This document shows positions 3,968 to 6,015 of a stretch of 6,015 bases of DNA, in pieces (position 1 is the stretch's first letter; each line of letters opens with the position of its first letter). The notes below the pieces were generated by a model. The model was not told the origin of the DNA. It saw only the letters and a program-made list of their open reading frames with translations, and made no database searches. A program made the position numbers and the translations under genes. The stretch lies in the IMG/VR virus record IMGVR_UViG_3300023192_000859, positions 1 through 6,015 of that record; one strand, given 5' to 3'.

Positions 3968-5434
3968 TTATAGGTGACCCTTATTATTCTCTAACCAATT
4001 GGAAAAAGATTTCCGTATTGGAAAAGCCACCTTTATTTCCGTAGAAAACCAAGGGTGCATATTAGTTTGCAAATCCTTATGTGCCTTAGCAGCTAGAGAA
4101 GTATCGTAAGTGGGAGCATCAGCATCTAATTTAGTTCCCAGATGTGACCCAGCTTCGTTAACAGTCCAAGGAGGTTTCATATGAACAGGAATTCCAAAGT
4201 CATCTGTTTCTGTTTCTATTACTGGAGTGTACCGCATAGCCTCAGGGGGTTGTTCAGAAGGAAATCCATACTCCCGTAGTAATTGATGATGTTCTGCTTG
4301 CCTTCCCGCAGTATTAAATAAAGTTGCAAAGGTACCAGCCATGTCTTTTTTCGATGACGGTTTAACTTGTTTAGCCATCCATTCCAAGAAAGAGCCTGTA
4401 AAATCAATTGACCCATCTGCTTTTTCCATTAACATAGTAAACTCCCTTCCTTCATCAATAGTTGGTGATTCATCTACAGGAGAAAAAAGTTTGCAATACA
4501 TATGTTCTGCAATCATTCCTTCTACTATATCACAAGTTTGGTCTGCTTTATTAAAAAATTTACATGTCCCACACATGATTCCATTTCGTTTCTCTACATC
4601 AGTGGCATCCCGATATCCTGAATCTACTTGAGTAACCTTTCCTTCTTCCTTGGACAAAAGGCAACTACCGTCAATACAAGTAGAGACGGCACCATTAGCT
4701 TTCAGTATCTCAAACCCAGCACTTTGATTTACACCCTTCTCACAAACTGTAACTTCTGCCAGTTCCATTTCGTCTACTTGCATATAAGGTTGTAAACCTT
4801 TCTGCATATTCTGTACTTTGGTTGCACTTCCCGCAATGGAATAACTCTTTAGCTTTCCTTCATTAACTTGATCCATAACTCGTTGGGCAATTTTTGTATC
4901 ATCCCGCAATTCTGTAATGAAGAAGAGTCCATTCTCACCTACCCCAGATTTAAAAATCTGTCCACCTTTAGAAATATATGCGGGTAATGCCCAACCTACT
5001 TGAACATCTGAATGTAATACCATTGTATTCCTGGTACGGAAGTTATTCATATACTTTTCAAAAGCTTTCTCTAGAGCTTGTGTAGTAATTAAATGGCCTT
5101 CCCTATCAATTAATTCTACAGATGCGGGGCCACCTAACACCATAGCATCGCCTTCACTCAATTTAGACATAGCTTTAGTATATGTAACATCATCTGGATA
5201 TGCTCTAGATAGAGTAATAATCTCTGCTTTAGATGCTATTCCCGCTTTAAATAAACGCTTATATTCATCAAGAGCATCTGAAATATCTTCTAAAGAAACC
5301 TTACCACTATCTTGTTTTTCAATAGGGAGGATGGTTGCATCAACATTTACAGTTTGATACATCTGAGTATTGTAGGCCCAGTTAGATGGACTAGGTATTT
5401 CTCCTACAGCAGTTTGAATTGTCTCCGTAACCAT
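3968..5434 (-). CDS. Phage prohead (capsid maturation) serine protease, HK97/XkdF-like, with internal HiPIP-like module and long N- and C-terminal extensions, 488 aa
   Basis: Residues ~98-246 carry VLGGPASVELIDREGHLI, MVLH (His141) SDVQVG, GKLKSYSIAG (Ser199) and ELAEVTVCEKGVN (Glu227). TAATG overlap with the upstream gene. Confidence 0.88.
   Translation of the reverse strand: MVTETIQTAVGEIPSPSNWAYNTQMYQTVNVDATILPIEKQDSGKVSLEDISDALDEYKRLFKAGIASKAEIITLSRAYPDDVTYTKAMSKLSEGDAMVLGGPASVELIDREGHLITTQALEKAFEKYMNNFRTRNTMVLHSDVQVGWALPAYISKGGQIFKSGVGENGLFFITELRDDTKIAQRVMDQVNEGKLKSYSIAGSATKVQNMQKGLQPYMQVDEMELAEVTVCEKGVNQSAGFEILKANGAVSTCIDGSCLLSKEEGKVTQVDSGYRDATDVEKRNGIMCGTCKFFNKADQTCDIVEGMIAEHMYCKLFSPVDESPTIDEGREFTMLMEKADGSIDFTGSFLEWMAKQVKPSSKKDMAGTFATLFNTAGRQAEHHQLLREYGFPSEQPPEAMRYTPVIETETDDFGIPVHMKPPWTVNEAGSHLGTKLDADAPTYDTSLAAKAHKDLQTNMHPWFSTEIKVAFPIRKSFSNWLENNKGHL
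4478..4639 (-). other. HiPIP-like [4Fe-4S] domain within the prohead protease (residues ~266-319)
   Basis: KVTQVDSGYRD...CGTCKFF...TCDIVEGMIAEHMYCKLFSP gives Tyr274 plus C288-x2-C291-x9-C301-x12-C314, with the aromatic and V-x-G-x-I positions typical of small HiPIPs. Confidence 0.72.
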
Positions 5435-6015
5435 TAACCATTAACTCCCCAGATTACTCCACTAACAGTAGGAGTACCCGAAGCAGATATAACAGATACT
5501 TTATCTCTAAAATCTACGGGGAAATTAGATTCATAAGTAGCTCCCGCTAATACTGATATTCCCGTACTAGAGGAAGCAATGGTATCAAAAGCTACATACA
5601 CAATTTCAGCACTGGTACCTGATTCATTCTTAATCTGTATACCACGTATAACAGACATAGCAGGACGCTTTCTAGAAGTAGAAGCATTGGCAGTTCCCGA
5701 CCATTCGTAATTCAATCCAGACGCTCCATCAACATAAGTAGATACAGCATTAGTATCTTCCCGTACTTCAAACATAATCTTATCAGTATACCAATCAATG
5801 TTATGGTTAGCAGCACTAACAACATAAACTCTATACGCTGCTGCCGTAGTACTTCCTGCTACTGAATAAGAAGCCGTAATACGTGCAAAGCTAGTGGTTA
5901 GGTCAGTATCGGCAGAGGTAGCCAATTCAGTTCCCGAAGCATCAGTAATCTGTATCTTAACACTCCCTGACGCAGAAGCTCCCCTAACTTCACATTGAGC
6001 CGTTATGTGTTGAGG
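5434..6015 (-). CDS. Ser/Thr/Ala-rich beta-sandwich virion-type protein, 5'-truncated (carbohydrate-binding-module-like region plus small C-terminal beta domain)
   Basis: The frame stays open upstream of the track's TTG 5925 to the window edge (PQHITAQCEVRGASASGSVKIQITDASGTEL...). Beta-strand pattern ending WYTDKIMFE, then YVDG...WSGTANASTS as seen in phage structural proteins. Adjacent to the prohead protease. Confidence 0.65.
   Translation of the reverse strand, partial: PQHITAQCEVRGASASGSVKIQITDASGTELATSADTDLTTSFARITASYSVAGSTTAAAYRVYVVSAANHNIDWYTDKIMFEVREDTNAVSTYVDGASGLNYEWSGTANASTSRKRPAMSVIRGIQIKNESGTSAEIVYVAFDTIASSSTGISVLAGATYESNFPVDFRDKVSVISASGTPTVSGVIWGVNG

Noticed and set aside
4219-4631. 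ORFs 4219..4416 (-) and 4341..4631 (+)
   Set aside because: Nested within the protease gene in an alternative frame or antisense, with no supporting signals.
5434-5925. TTG 5925 as the start of the last gene
   Set aside because: The frame is open to the window edge with the same composition, so the gene starts outside the window.

Overview
Dense, AT-rich segment of a tailed-phage (Caudoviricetes-like) genome or prophage, with every credible gene on the minus strand. In transcription order (right to left): a 5'-truncated beta-rich virion-type protein; a 488-aa HK97/XkdF-type prohead serine protease carrying an internal HiPIP-like four-Cys module; a sigma70-type promoter driving a tightly coupled cassette (two small membrane proteins, a basic zinc-ribbon microprotein, an acidic 13-Cys metallothionein-like protein, two helical proteins, a Cys-His-Glu papain/transglutaminase-like peptidase); three adjacent hairpins containing a perfect 12-nt Shine-Dalgarno; a second sigma70 promoter, a 23-aa hydrophobic peptide, two hypothetical proteins, a trypsin-like protease, a second zinc ribbon, a Lys-rich protein and a 3'-truncated hypothetical. 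Six ORFs missing from the supplied track were translated by hand. The best novelty candidates are the prohead protease-HiPIP fusion and the neighbouring metal-binding/protease cassette. All family calls come from motif recognition, not database searches.
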